DNA of 64,000 nucleotides, taken from assembly GCF_006345805.1 (NCBI RefSeq), contig NC_043002.1:63488001-63552000 (forward strand), written 5' to 3'. Below, piece by piece: positions 25,813 to 39,465 of this stretch (position 1 is its first letter; each line of letters starts with the position of its first letter). Position numbers and translations under genes: made by a program. The notes below the pieces were generated by a model, which saw only the letters and a program-made list of their open reading frames with translations, was not told the DNA's origin and did not search any database. The DNA comes from Octopus sinensis (Eukaryota).

Positions 25813-26045
25813 TTCTGTGTGTATATGTTTGTGTGTCTGTGTTTGTCCCTCTAGCATTGTTTGACAACAGATGCTGGTGTGTTTACGTCCCCGTTACTTA
25901 GCGGTTCAGCAAAAGAGACCGATAAAATAAGTACTGAGCTTTCAAAGAATAAGTCCTGGGGTCGATTTGCTCGTCTAAAGGCGGTGCTCCAGCATCGCCG
26001 CAGTCAAATGACTGAAGCAAGTAAAAGAGTAAAGGGTAAAAGAGT
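25566..26045 (+). mobile_element. SINE S2 with long internal (TA)n
   Basis: GGAGTGGCTGAGTGCTAAGTAGC head; tail CAAGTAAAAGAGTAAAGGG. Confidence 0.9.
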
Positions 26046-26879
26046 ATATATATATATAAATTAACAATTGAGGATAAAATCTTTAAAAGAAATTATCAGT
26101 AGTCAGCGTGAAAAATCTCGTAAGAGAAAAAATCCGTAAATTCTTCCTCTTTGAAAATATTCATTTATATTATATTGAGGGTACTACTATTCGTAGATAC
26201 CAACACGCTAAGAGGGACCAATGCGGTCAAAACTACTAAAAATAAACAAAATTTTACCGAATGCAAAACTTCAAAACACATCATTTTAAAAAAGAATTCA
26301 GTTACATATCACATGTGATTTCGCATTTAATGCAGAATATGTATTTTATGTTCATCAGTGCAACAAACTCAAGAAATATAAGAGAAAACATAACATTACA
26401 AGCTCGATTATATATATATATATCTATATATATATATTATTAGTGATCGCCAAGCTAACATGGCAGCCCACGAAAATACGACGAATGCTATCGTTGATTA
26501 CCTCCTAGCGGCAATCGCCTGTAGCTAGCCATGTGACACACAGACCTCTGTCCATTATAACCGCCGAATAGGGGAAGTCAGCAGCTTCCCCGTGCTGGTT
26601 TGGCATCCACAGACTAGTTTCGTGTTAGTTACCCCTTATCCATGTGGAGTAGCCGAACCCACCAGGTGTCGCCAATGACCGACTTTTCGAAGGGTTATTC
26701 ACCTAAATTCAGTGGAATACATCCAGTTGGTTTTCAAAAATAAAAATATGTGCATTGCTAAATCTCTCTAAAGGAGACTACGGCAGCGGTACTGGGTATT
26801 AATAGTTATCGCCAAGCTAACATGGTAGTCCCGGAAAATACATACATACATACATACATACATATATTTTTTTTTTTTG

Positions 26880-27075
26880 AACAGTCCGTCGGTTACGACG
26901 ATGAGGGTCCTAGGTGATACGATCAACGGAATACTTGCTCGTGAAATTAACGTGCAAGTGGCTGAGCACTCCATAGACACGTGTAACCTTAACGTAGCTC
27001 TCATGGTGATTTAATGTGATACAGAGTGTGACAAGGCTGGTCTTTTGAAATACGGGTACTACTCGCTTTCGCTCT
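26880..27075 (-). mobile_element. SINE S4 3' fragment
   Basis: Reverse complement matches ~18735-18905. Confidence 0.7.
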
Positions 27076-27127
27076 TGAAGATTTATAATTTCTCATAGCG
27101 TCAAAAATAAACATACACACACACACG

Positions 27128-27173
<46 letters not shown>

Positions 27174-27549
27174 TACACCACATACACGCACATATAGGAA
27201 TATATATTCGACGGGCTTCTACCGGTTTTTTTACTATCAAAAACCCTTAAAAGTATTAGTTGACTCGCTTTTGTAGCCGAATACACTTAATCAAGTTGTC
27301 GTGTAGACTGAACCTAAAACCACAACTTTTCGAAGCGACTGTCTTAAACTCTCAACCATACTGACGTCAATCTCAAATTAAAAAATTAAAAAATAATTTC
27401 AGACATTCAATTTAGTAACAAGAAACAAATTGTTGATATCGGTCACGATTCATATTTGGAACATAATGGCAACTAACAAATTCCATCTTTGGCAAAACCT
27501 TCCACTGATTGTTGTTGTTTCTTCCTTTTCGAGACATGCTTAGATCATA

Positions 27550-27808
27550 AGGGCCAGTTTCTCGGTTTCATTACGTATATGTTTCTCACCTGAATACGAT
27601 GCCGGTCAGCTGCTAGATGCAAGAGGAAAGAGTGAGAGAAAGTTGTGGTGAAAAAGTCAACAGAAGTACACCATTACCTTCTGACGGATCCTCGTGGAAC
27701 TTAGTGGTTTCGCACATAAACACACACAGCGGCCGGTCTGTGATTCGAACCCGTGATCCCTAGACCGTGTGTCTGCTGCGCTAACCACAAAACCATGTGC
27801 CTCTACAT
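27550..27808 (-). mobile_element. S4-related tRNA SINE
   Basis: Minus strand GAGGCACATGG...GTGGTTAGCGCAGCAGAC...GGGTTCGAATCACAGACCGG. Confidence 0.75.
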
Positions 27809-28904
27809 ATTCCATTGATGATATCAACATAACCCTATGAAATTTTACCGTGAATTTTATACGCAGTTAATTGCCAACAGATTATTAGCGGCATGTTGTA
27901 GACAGCGGATATTTTGAATATTTAAGTATTTCAATCTAATGATATTTCCAAACAGATGATAAATTAAGGACTACACACTTAGTCTTTAGTATATTATATC
28001 AGTGCCTTTGCACTAATTGTATATTCTACAAATTCCATATTTACTCAGATAGAAAACTCTTTGAACTCAAAGTTCATGTTCACTAAGTGCGATAGAACGT
28101 TTCAACTATGAGCTACAGCTCTTTAAATAATTATAGCTTTGCAATTTAATAACGATCTTACAGACAAATTACATAAAACCGACTGTTAAACCCGGAACAT
28201 AGAATCTAGTTGAGTATCTCCATTTAGTACATTCCTTTAATTACATAAACTTAGAGTCAATTAACGGTGCACCATTAATTATTTTTATTTAATTATACAG
28301 TTTGCAACTTACAATTACGTTTTAAACCATCAATTTATTTAGTTTCATTAAGGTTATTTTACTATAGTTAACTTTAGTATAACTAATTCTTCAACCTCTT
28401 CTAATTGAACAGATTACAAATTTACCTAACCAGCAACATTTCCAGACTATATAAATTTTCATTTCATTATATCTATAATTTATATTAATCCAATTAATTC
28501 TATCGTATCATAATTTATATTTTTGTTTATATTAAAACGTATTCAATTCCCAATATATTCTCTTAATTTGACATCGTATGTTTTCATCTATTACATTGTA
28601 TAATAACATTGTCCTCACTTCTAAAATATTGTTCTCAGTAACTGATGTAATTTAAACTTATACTCTTGATATAATGCAAGTCTGCAAAAGATAATTAAAC
28701 GAGATAAAATACGGATTTTCTATTTAACATTACTGTATTTATACAAGTTTCTATGAGGTTTTATATGCTTCGATTTCATGAAAACCAATTATATAAAATC
28801 TCTCTAATATATAACCATGCCAACTTAAATACATACGGGAATGAATATGTGTATAGGTATACATATTCACGCATGAATTCATGAATAAACATGTGTGCGT
28901 GCAC

Positions 28905-28962
<58 letters not shown>

Positions 28963-29054
28963 ATATTATATATATATAGATATTATAATATTAATAAAAA
29001 TGGTAGACAACAAAAGAATGAAAGAGACCTCAATATTATATAGATAGAGGAATT

Positions 29055-29150
29055 TATCTATAATTGTAATATGTGACAATTATTCGGTAGCCATGATAAA
29101 ACTCCAAGTTTCATCATGGCTACCGAATAATTGTCACATATTACATTTAC

Positions 29151-29155
<5 letters not shown>
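29055..29155. repeat. Near-perfect palindrome, 49-bp arms, 3-nt loop
   Basis: TATCTATAATTGTAATATGTGACAATTATTCGGTAGCCATGATAAAACT-CCA-AGTTTCATCATGGCTACCGAATAATTGTCACATATTACATTTACAGATA; three mismatches. Confidence 0.92.
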
Positions 29156-29206
<51 letters not shown>

Positions 29207-29879
29207 TGAGTTCTTATACGTTTAGACTTGTGATTATTGAATCAAGCATTTCATGTATGTCAACAATGTTTATATATATAGTACACATTATAAATTGCTC
29301 TTAATATTTGATAGCATACACAGAACAACTCACATTCTTTTACATTTCTTGCACCGACTTCTTTTATGTAGTGGTGCAATGTTTCTTCTAGTCTGGCATA
29401 TATAATATTACAGCCGTTAATTTTGACTGATAGTTTTGTCTGATTCTTGTGGCCAATGAAGTGTTTAATCAATTGAGAATTAAGCGCCTACGTTACGGAT
29501 AAACCGTGCTTGCGACCGGATAGCAATTGGTGCTCCTCGCGACCGCTGCCTTTTCTTTTCTTTTTTTTTGTTTCAGTTCTACTTACCACCCGGATATCTT
29601 CTCTTTTTAATATAACCATAAGTAACACGTAAGATTATAAATGATCAATTTAAAATTGTAGCATCTTGCTATAGAAAATCCATCATTAAGAGCATTATCG
29701 CATTTCCTCCATGAGCCTCACTCGTGCATTCGTTCATGTACACCCTTACCCACACACTATTGTCAACTATTAAACGAACAGCAGCGAACAACTTGCACCC
29801 AACTACCAGCTTGTACAACCCGTTTCTATACAATCCTTACAGATGAAATAACTCAGGAAACTTTTAAACACTATCAACC

Positions 29880-30045
29880 AATGTGACCATGGAAGCGGCA
29901 TCGCTTGGCAATTGAAACCGATTAGTTCTGCCTGCAGTGTTTTGTTAGCACTTTCACTCTCTTCCGGACGACTTCACATTGACTTCCGCTCTGATCAGAG
30001 AAGGCTGTCAGTCTAAAGGCAATATACGTCACTGTGACGTAAAGC
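29880..30045. promoter_or_regulatory. Candidate TATA-less promoter (ETS-like and CRE-like motifs)
   Basis: Locally CpG-rich unique sequence with CTTCCGG (29961) and GACTTCCGC (29981), ETS-type on the minus strand, and palindrome TACGTCAC-T-GTGACGTA (30025-30041). Confidence 0.35.
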
Positions 30046-30540
30046 GTGAATTGCCACTTCTACCTGAACAAGAAAAACATCTATCATACAATATAGTACA
30101 TAAACACGTACACACGCACGAACACACACACAGACACATGCACACACAGTCTCACTCTTTATCTCACTCTCATTCAGACTCACATTGTTTCCTTGCATCT
30201 TTCGCCCGTCCTCAGAAGTGGCTGCATATGCAAAGCTTAGACATGTCTGTGTATCGTTCACATCTATTTGGGCTGTGTGTGTGCAACGAAACATAGAAAC
30301 CTTTCATATTTCTCATTCCTGTTTCTTCTTTATTAGTTTTTCTTTGACTCCACGGACATTGCCCACAAAATTTCTTAATTACAATAACTATTAAAACGTA
30401 AACTCTCTCTCTATCTCTCTTTGCATGTCATTATATATATACTCTTACACACACACATGCAAGCACGTAGTATACATATATTACACACCACACCACACAC
30501 ACCACACACACAACACACACATATATATATTATATATATA

Positions 30541-30573
<33 letters not shown>

Positions 30574-31112
30574 CATTAGAAGAAATGAGGTACTCAGAAG
30601 ATCGGATGGTTTATATTTACAGATATTTATTTATATATTACATTTTTTATATATATATATCATATCACTTAGATCACTAGCGCTTTCTCCCATTCCAGTG
30701 GGGTTTTCAAATCAAACTAATTTGATCATTTTATAGAGTTTCGTAGTGGTGGGGAGGAATATAAGACAGTACAAGAGGATGATGGATGAGGAGAAAGTGA
30801 GAGAGAGAACATGTGTGTATGTGTATGTGTGTGTGTGTGAGTGTGTGTGTGTTTGTATCTGGGATAGGTGCTAAAGAGAAACTGGTAATTTTTTGTGCCA
30901 GCAAGCCAGGATTCACCAACAACATATTCGGCAGGAAGAACAACGCAAAATGCCACTAAGTACACACCTACCTGCGTGTGGAGGAGGAAAATTTAAGATA
31001 TTTCCCTTCTACAAATGTCCGAAGAACGGCACCTCTTTCAGGAGGAATATGGAAAAATATTTCATAGCTAAGTTCTCCCCCAAATTAAATTGCTGAAATT
31101 TAATCATCATAC

Positions 31113-31779
31113 ATTGAAGGACAAATCTTTCGATTTACAATATAAGATAGTAGAACATTTAATATGTGTGTGTATATATACAATATATATATATATATTA
31201 TATATATATATATACATGTGTGTGTGTATATATATATTACCTGTTATATACATTATATTATTTTTGTAATTTACTTAATCTTTACTTTCCAATTGTCATT
31301 TTAATTTTAACCTTCCTATGATATGCAATTTTCAAGATGGTGTAATTTGATTATTCCTTTTGAATCGATAAAAGGTGTTTTTTTCTAATATTTCACGTAT
31401 AAGCATGTATATATATATATATACTAGCAGTATCGCCCGGCGTTGCTCGGGTTTGTAAGGGAAATAACTATAAAGCATTTTTAGAGAGCTATAGCCAAAA
31501 AATGGAAAAAAAAATTATGGTAATTTTTTTTTTTAGTTAAAAAGGTCGAGTTGCGTCCCCTAGACAGTCTGTGGTTTGTGTTTCTGATTCTCGACCCCAT
31601 GTCGAATTTATCGATTTTTTTCAGAACTGGGGGAACTTTTCAAAATTTTCGCTGCGTTAGTTTTGAATTATGACATTGGGCTATGTGTGTGTCAAGTTTC
31701 ATCAGAATCGGTTGAAAGCCGTGGTCAGGGTGAGGGTATAACCTAACAGACACACAGAAACACACACAGACAAACTGCC

Positions 31780-31850
<71 letters not shown>

Positions 31851-32113
31851 TTGAAGGACACATCTTTCGATTTACAATTTAATATAGTAGAACGTTAGTA
31901 TATATGTGTATATGTATATATATGTGTGTGTGTGTATATATATATATTGCATATATACATTATATTATTTTTGTAATTTACTTCATCTTTACTTTTTAAT
32001 TGTCATTTTAATTTTAACTTTCCTATGATATGCAATTTTCAAGATGGTGTAATTTAGTTGTTCATTTTGAATCGATAAAAGGTGTTTCTAATATTTCATG
32101 TATAAGCATGTAT
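31113..32113. repeat. Direct duplication (31113-31410 and 31850-32113) flanking a Helitron
   Basis: ATTGAAGGACA.ATCTTTCGATTTACAAT...GATAAAAGGTGTTT...TATAAGCATGTAT occurs twice; a related partial copy lies at ~58590-58770 (-). Confidence 0.88.
31424..31790 (-). mobile_element. Non-autonomous Helitron
   Basis: Minus-strand 3' end CCCGAGCAACGCCGGG hairpin, then GATACTG-CTAG|T; 5' region with GTCTGTGTG microsatellite merging into (TA)n. Confidence 0.75.
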
Positions 32114-32582
32114 AAGCATATAGTGGTATAAGTATCAACACAATTTTTCCCCTTCCTCCCTTATTTTCCTTTTTCTTCTTTTTCCACTTTTTCTGCTTTT
32201 TTTCTCTCTTCTCTTCTCCAAACACGCGCACACACACACACGCACACACACAAACACGCACACACACACACACACACACACGGACACACACACAGACACA
32301 CACACACACCTCCACAAAACGATCATAAAAAGTGGAAAGAATTCTTAAACCCAAAAAAGGATTTGACCATTCTCACAATGATAAAAGGAAATATAGTTTA
32401 TGGCCTGCCTCCCCGACACCGCACACTCAGTTAAACTGTGAAGAGGTCAAAGCTGAAATTCTTTTTTTCCTAAGGCCTTAGAACCCCCTTGGAATCAATA
32501 TTCTGTCCAGCAGACCAAAAAAGTTCTTTTCTTCTTCTTCCCTCTCCCTTCCCCTCTTTCTCTTTAGCACTCATCCCAGATA

Positions 32583-32633
<51 letters not shown>

Positions 32634-32802
32634 ACATGTTCTCTCTCTCACTTTCTCCTCATCCATCATCCTCTTGTACTGTCTTATATTCCTCCCTACC
32701 ACTACGAAGTCTATAAAATGATCAAAATTCCTCACACAGGAACTTAGTTTGATTTGAAAACCCCACTAGAATGGGAGAGGCGCTAATGATCTAAGTGATA
32801 TG

Positions 32803-32834
<32 letters not shown>

Positions 32835-33023
32835 TATATAATATATATATAATTATATATATATATATATAAAGTAAAATATAAATAAATATCTGTAAAT
32901 ATAAACCATCCGATCTTGTGAGTACCTCATTTCTAATATATAATACATGTACATCATCTCCAAGCCTTCCAATATATATATACACATACACATTTATATA
33001 TATATATATTTAATATATATATA

Positions 33024-33066
<43 letters not shown>

Positions 33067-34949
33067 TATATATGTATATAGATAGATACATGCATACATA
33101 GATAGATAGATAAATAGATAGATAGGCAGACAGACAAATATATATTGGTATATATATAAATATACACACACAAGAAAAACAACAATTAGAAGGACAGGAG
33201 GAAAAGGCGGGTCATTCGTCGCATTCTTTCCTCGGTCAAGTTCCAGGTGTCACGACTATACATGCATATACACATAAACGTACATATATATATGTATATT
33301 ATATATATATATTTAATATATTATATATATATATATAATATATATATCTATATATATATATAATATAATATATATATATATATATATATATACATAGATA
33401 TATGCATATACGTACTATATATGTGCATGCATACGTATATATCTATGACTGTGTGTGTATATGTATGTGTGTGCGTATGAATGTGTATGTATGACTGCAT
33501 GCATTCGTACGGGTTGAAATACTCAAGTACGCAGACCTATATATAATGCATACACCTGCGTATATCGATGTACACATTTCTCTTTCTTTCTCTCTGATTC
33601 CTCTACACACACTATCACATTAACCAGTAGAATAATGCCGTTAGTCTATTTATAGAAAGTTGACCATTCTTAGTATTCTTCGCTTCCAATTCGTGGTTTA
33701 CAACTCCCTTTAGAAAAAACCCTTTCTATACCTTTTTCTGTACCCATTCCTTAATGCCATTCTAACATTTCACCCCACCTTACACATATTCATCCTTACA
33801 TTCTTATCTCTTCCTACCCCTCCCTAATCCTCTCCTATCCTCCACATACTATCTTGACCACAAACTAACACTCCTTTTTCTCACCTTCTTACACATTTTC
33901 AATTTCTCTTCTTGTATTCATTTTCTTTTCCTCTTTTTCCCTTTTCTTTTCCAACCTTTTCCTTTGACCTAACTCTCTTCATTTTAGCACAGATATGTCT
34001 TCTCTCCTCTCTATCCACTTAATACTAACATTACATTCTCAAATTTTCATTCACACCACACGACTTCTTTCAATGAACAGCACATACAATCTAAGTCACC
34101 ACACTTTCTATTTGTGATGACAAAATATGAACTACCACTGTAATTTACATACAACGGAGAGGAAGCCTTTTTACCATTTTTTACCACTTTTACACACCGC
34201 TTTCCTTGAAAAATGGAACTGCAACTATAGTACCTTTATACACTTTATTTCTATTTCAACATTCATTCTCCTTTTCCCCCTATATACTCCTTATTTACTT
34301 CCGAAATAACTCCTCGTATTGAACTCTAATATTTCCCTCTGTTTAACTATTTCACATCGTCTCTGATAAAGGGATATCTCTAATATCCCAGAAACAGCTG
34401 TAAGACTAACTTTCTCTTTATAAATGTCCTTAAATTCTACACAGCCTTCGATCTGTCTCATTTTATTTAACACAGACACACAGACTCACACACATATATG
34501 TGTGTGCATATATATATATATATATAGATATATATAAATATTGCTTCGGTCACTCATTAGTCTGCAGTCAGGCTGGAGTCCACAAGAATTGTTGTTGAGA
34601 TTCCTGATGATAGAAGAGAGAGATAGAGAGAGATAGTAATACATAGTTGGAGAGAGAAAGAAAGAGAGAGGGAGTGGGAGAGAGAGAGTGTGCGTGTATA
34701 TGTAGCTGTGGGTGCGTGCTAGAGAGAAAGGGAGAAACTGGCATAGAGAAAAGTAAAATCATAAAGAATTGAGCACTTAAATACTCAATCAATTTTGGGT
34801 ACTGAAATAGATAGCAGCACGGATTAATACAAAGAGTATAAAGCGCCATATGTCACCGGGTTTTATCAGCTTTTAGGTGTGGATATCGCATATGTAAACA
34901 AAGAGAATTTGCGTCACCCTCTTAAAAATTAAAACACCTTACCTTCTTA

Positions 34950-35352
34950 TTTCTTTACTACCCACAAGGGGCTAAACACAGAGAGAACAAATAAGGACAG
35001 ACAAACGGATCAAGTTGATTATATCGACTCCAGTGCGTAACTTATACTTATTTAATCGACCCCGAAAGGATAAAAGGCAGAGTCGACCTCGGCGGAATTT
35101 GAACTCGGAACCTAGCGAACGACGAAATACCTATTTTTTTTTACTACCCACAAGGGGCTAAACACAGTGGGGACAAACGGATTAAGTCGATTATTGCGAC
35201 TCCAGTGCGTAAATGGCACTTATTTAATCGACCCCGAAAGGATGAAAGGCAAAGTCGACCTCGATGGAATTTGAACTCAGAACGTAGCGGCAGACGAAAT
35301 ACCGCTAATCATTTCGCCCGGCGTGCTAACGTTTCTGCCAGCTCGCCGCCTT
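34950..35352 (-). mobile_element. SINE S1 dimer (headed unit plus head-less unit)
   Basis: Same GAAATACCTATTT junction at ~35125 as in the 16-kb array. Confidence 0.9.
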
Positions 35353-35729
35353 AAGACACCTTACCTTCGGCTGCAATAAAACCTCTTCCAGTGGTTAATT
35401 ACTTACATCCGTTCCATATTATTGATAAAACATTAAGTTACTAAGTTTTCCTTAGAGAGACGAACAATTGTGTTTTCTATTTTCCTTTTATCCAACGTGG
35501 TTCTACGAAAGAATAGTTGTGTACATGCAAATATATCTCAAGTGGAGCACTAATTGAATCGGTTTATCGATTTAATGCGTTGATATATGTAATTGATTAC
35601 CTCAATGCTCACAATTATTATGTTTCAATCAGAAAATATTACTGACATAATACTCAACCGGCTGTTTGCAAAATTTACTCAGGGATTTTTCCAGGAGGGA
35701 TTATCACACATACGAATGGCTATCCACCA

Positions 35730-35732
<3 letters not shown>

Positions 35733-35819
<87 letters not shown>
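35733..35819. repeat. (CT)n microsatellite followed by (TA)n
   Basis: Direct reading. Confidence 0.95.
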
Positions 35820-35822
<3 letters not shown>

Positions 35823-36422
35823 ATATATATATATATATATATAACTAATGTAGGATAAATTTTTTTTCGGGAAAAAAAATTCATCAATGGCCAGCATATC
35901 AAAAAATACCTTTAAAGATTAATTTTATAACTAATTTACAATATAAGGGCAAAAAAAAAATTCTAATGCCAAATATGCCGAAAAAAAGACAAAAAATGTC
36001 AATTAACCATTATAATTTATGCGTCTCGAAACAAAACGATGGAAATTTCTAAAAAATTCGTTATTACCGTATTGGACTAATTTCGGAGTTAATTCATAAG
36101 AATTTTCTCCTCTTCAGCGGCAAATACGCGAGATATAAGTGAAATATTTACTCATACCCATGGAAAAGGCAAACACCAAGTCCTGAGCAGACCTAAGTAC
36201 CCCAAATATATCCAAAATAGAAAATCTTCGGCACGTCTCGACACACGTGTGATTCGAACTAGAAACTTTCACAGAGTGATAGAATCCGGATGTGAACACT
36301 ATTCAAATTTATAACTAATGTAGGATAAAAATTTTTTCGGGAAAAAAAATTTCATCAATGTCTTTTTTAGTCTTTTCTTCGGCATATTTGGCATTAGAAT
36401 TTTTCTCTTTGCCCTATATTGT

Positions 36423-36483
<61 letters not shown>

Positions 36484-36789
36484 CATACTGCCATGTATGT
36501 ATAAATATGCATGTATATATACATGTGGATGTAGGTATGCGCATATATGTATGTATAAATGCATATATTTATATATTATTTATGTTATTGTATATGTTTA
36601 TACACACACAGACAAACATATAGACATACCTATATATAAAGAAAGGTATATGCATTCAAATATATATTCATATATATGGTTTCGGTGCGATTGGTTTTGT
36701 TATACGTCGGCATATAAGGATAGCAAAGCCTTATTTTTTCTGTCTCAGGCTTAGATGCCCCGTTATTAGACTATTACACAATCATTACA

Positions 36790-37405
36790 CAATCCAACCC
36801 CACCATCCCTTTCCGTCCCATCCCATCCCACCCCAAACCATTCCTTACACCCACTCGCACATACACCACCTCTACCCCCACCGTCAGCCTACCCACATAC
36901 ACCACATTTACCCCCATCCTCAGCTTAACCCACTCCCACCCTTGCTTTCCCCACTCTCGCATTCCCCACCTCCCAACACCATCACACTACACCACACACC
37001 CCTACATCCTACACCACCATACCACACAACACCATATCACATCACATCATACCATCAAGGTCACCAGCCCTCCTCCACACGCACATAAATATTCTCTTAT
37101 ACACACATACTCTCCTATACACACGTAAGCGCACCTTCGTTTTTGGATCACCACTACTTTATTATCTCCCCATCTTTCTAAATCTCCTGTGTGACCCCCT
37201 CTGTCCGGCATTCGTCATGATAGATCTCTAGTCTCTACACATTCTTTATTTTCTCTCCATATTTCTTTCTGTGTTCCTTTCTTTGGAAGAGCATCAGCTC
37301 GAAACGTCAAAGATCTTTTCACTTTCCGAGCGTTAAACTAATACATCTGTTTGTTGTCTACACCAACTGTCTTCGTCTTTTGTCTTTTTGCGAATTCTCC
37401 CTGTA
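36790..37405 (+). mobile_element. C-rich Penelope-like repeat, copy 2, ending in a degenerate hammerhead unit
   Basis: Similar to 2000-2462; the 3' tract CTGTCTTCGTCTTTTGT recurs at ~59310 and ~60360-60380 (-). Confidence 0.6.
37277..37312 (+). ncRNA. Degenerate hammerhead motif
   Basis: CTTT-CTTTGGA-A-GAGC(ATCA)GCTC-GAAA-CG-TC-AAAG: stems I and II, ACGT and GUC intact, but the core deviates from CUGANGA. Confidence 0.55.
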
Positions 37406-37442
37406 TATATATAGATAGATATATATACATATATATATATAA

Positions 37443-37489
<47 letters not shown>

Positions 37490-37502
37490 CATATGTCTAT
37501 AC

Positions 37503-37551
<49 letters not shown>

Positions 37552-38463
37552 TAATAATATATATATATACTATACACACACGCACAAACGCTTGTTGATA
37601 GATAGACAGATAGATAGATAGATACATGCATGCATCAGAATGTGGGTGTATGAATGTATATATGTGAATGTGCAGACGGTATAAATAAGTGCTCCTTCTC
37701 ATTTCCCTTGGAACAGATAACTTGGACAATGTAACATTAATGCATTAATATTATTAATGTAAAATGCCAAATACACAAAAAATATTCAGAAAGTCACACA
37801 CGGATACACATTGGTATTGTTCACAAGTTAGAGAGACAATATTTATATAGACAAACTTGCAACAACATACAGTGATCCAAAGATATAAATGTAGACACAA
37901 ACATACAAACACAAATATCAATCAACGTCCTTTCTTTTAAACCCTCTCTTTTACTGATAGAGAATTACACTCGTATTTTTGCGCATCGCTTTCTTCAAAA
38001 GTATTTGAAAACGATTTTTCTAAAACACAGTATTCATGAATGTCACGAATATGCTCGACTGCAGTTAATTTTTACAACTGTTTATCACTGGATTTCAAAC
38101 GTATTTTAACAACTAATGAAAACTGTGTTGGGTTGTATAATATCTTCGTAGTAATTCGAGCACTAGTAGCAGCATTAAGATCATTGATAATAGTGTCAAG
38201 TGTTAGGGAAATTATACTTATAATAATGAAGGGTAGAATTAATTAATTATTTAATAAATAATTGATACTCTTACCAAGTAGATCGGTATGTTAAAACAAC
38301 CATTATTGTAAACTTATACAAACATTCTATAATTATGAGTATAATTATAATTAGGGTTCAGCAAAATTTGCTTCACCACATACCGAAATTTAGAAATAGC
38401 AGTTAAAAACTACTATTCAACTACTATGAGATATCTCCCAGACAGCGATACTCAACAAGGCGT

Positions 38464-38619
38464 TGGAGTGGCTGTGTGGTAAGTTGGTTGCTTACGAACA
38501 ACATGGTTCCAGGTTCAGTCCCACTGCATGGCACATTGGGCAAGTGTTTCCACTATAGTCTCGGGCCGACAAAAGACGTGTGAGTGGATTTGATAGACGG
38601 AAACTGAAAGAAGCCCGTC

Positions 38620-38692
<73 letters not shown>

Positions 38693-38925
38693 GTGTATGT
38701 GTGTGTGTGTGTGTGTTTGTGTGTCTATGTTTGTCCCTCACAACATCACTTGACAACCGATGCCGGTGTTTTTACGTCCCCGTAACTTAGCGGTTCGGCA
38801 AATGATATCGATAGAATAACTACTAGGCTTACGAAGTATATGTCCTGGGGTCCATTTGCTCAACTAAAGTCGGTGCTCCAGCATGGCCACAGTCACATGA
38901 TTGAAATAAATAAAAGAATAGAAGA
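38464..38925 (+). mobile_element. SINE S2
   Basis: Head GGAGTGGCTGTGTGGTAAG; internal (TA)n(TG)n; tail GGTGCTCCAGCATGGCCACAGTC. Confidence 0.9.
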
Positions 38926-38970
38926 ATGATTAGAATTATATATATATATATATATCTATATATATATATA

Positions 38971-39465
<495 letters not shown>

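Larger units (their letters stand above)
30581..32934. repeat. Long inverted repeat, arms 30581-30880 and 32558-32934
   Basis: Arms are reverse complements including the internal (TA)n and (CA)n tracts; the ORF track shows THMFSLSLSPHPSSSCTVLYSS on both strands. Confidence 0.9.

Noticed and set aside
33600-34470. Mitochondrial insertion (NUMT)
   Set aside because: Strand bias is suggestive, but I found no recognisable mitochondrial protein, rRNA or tRNA motif.
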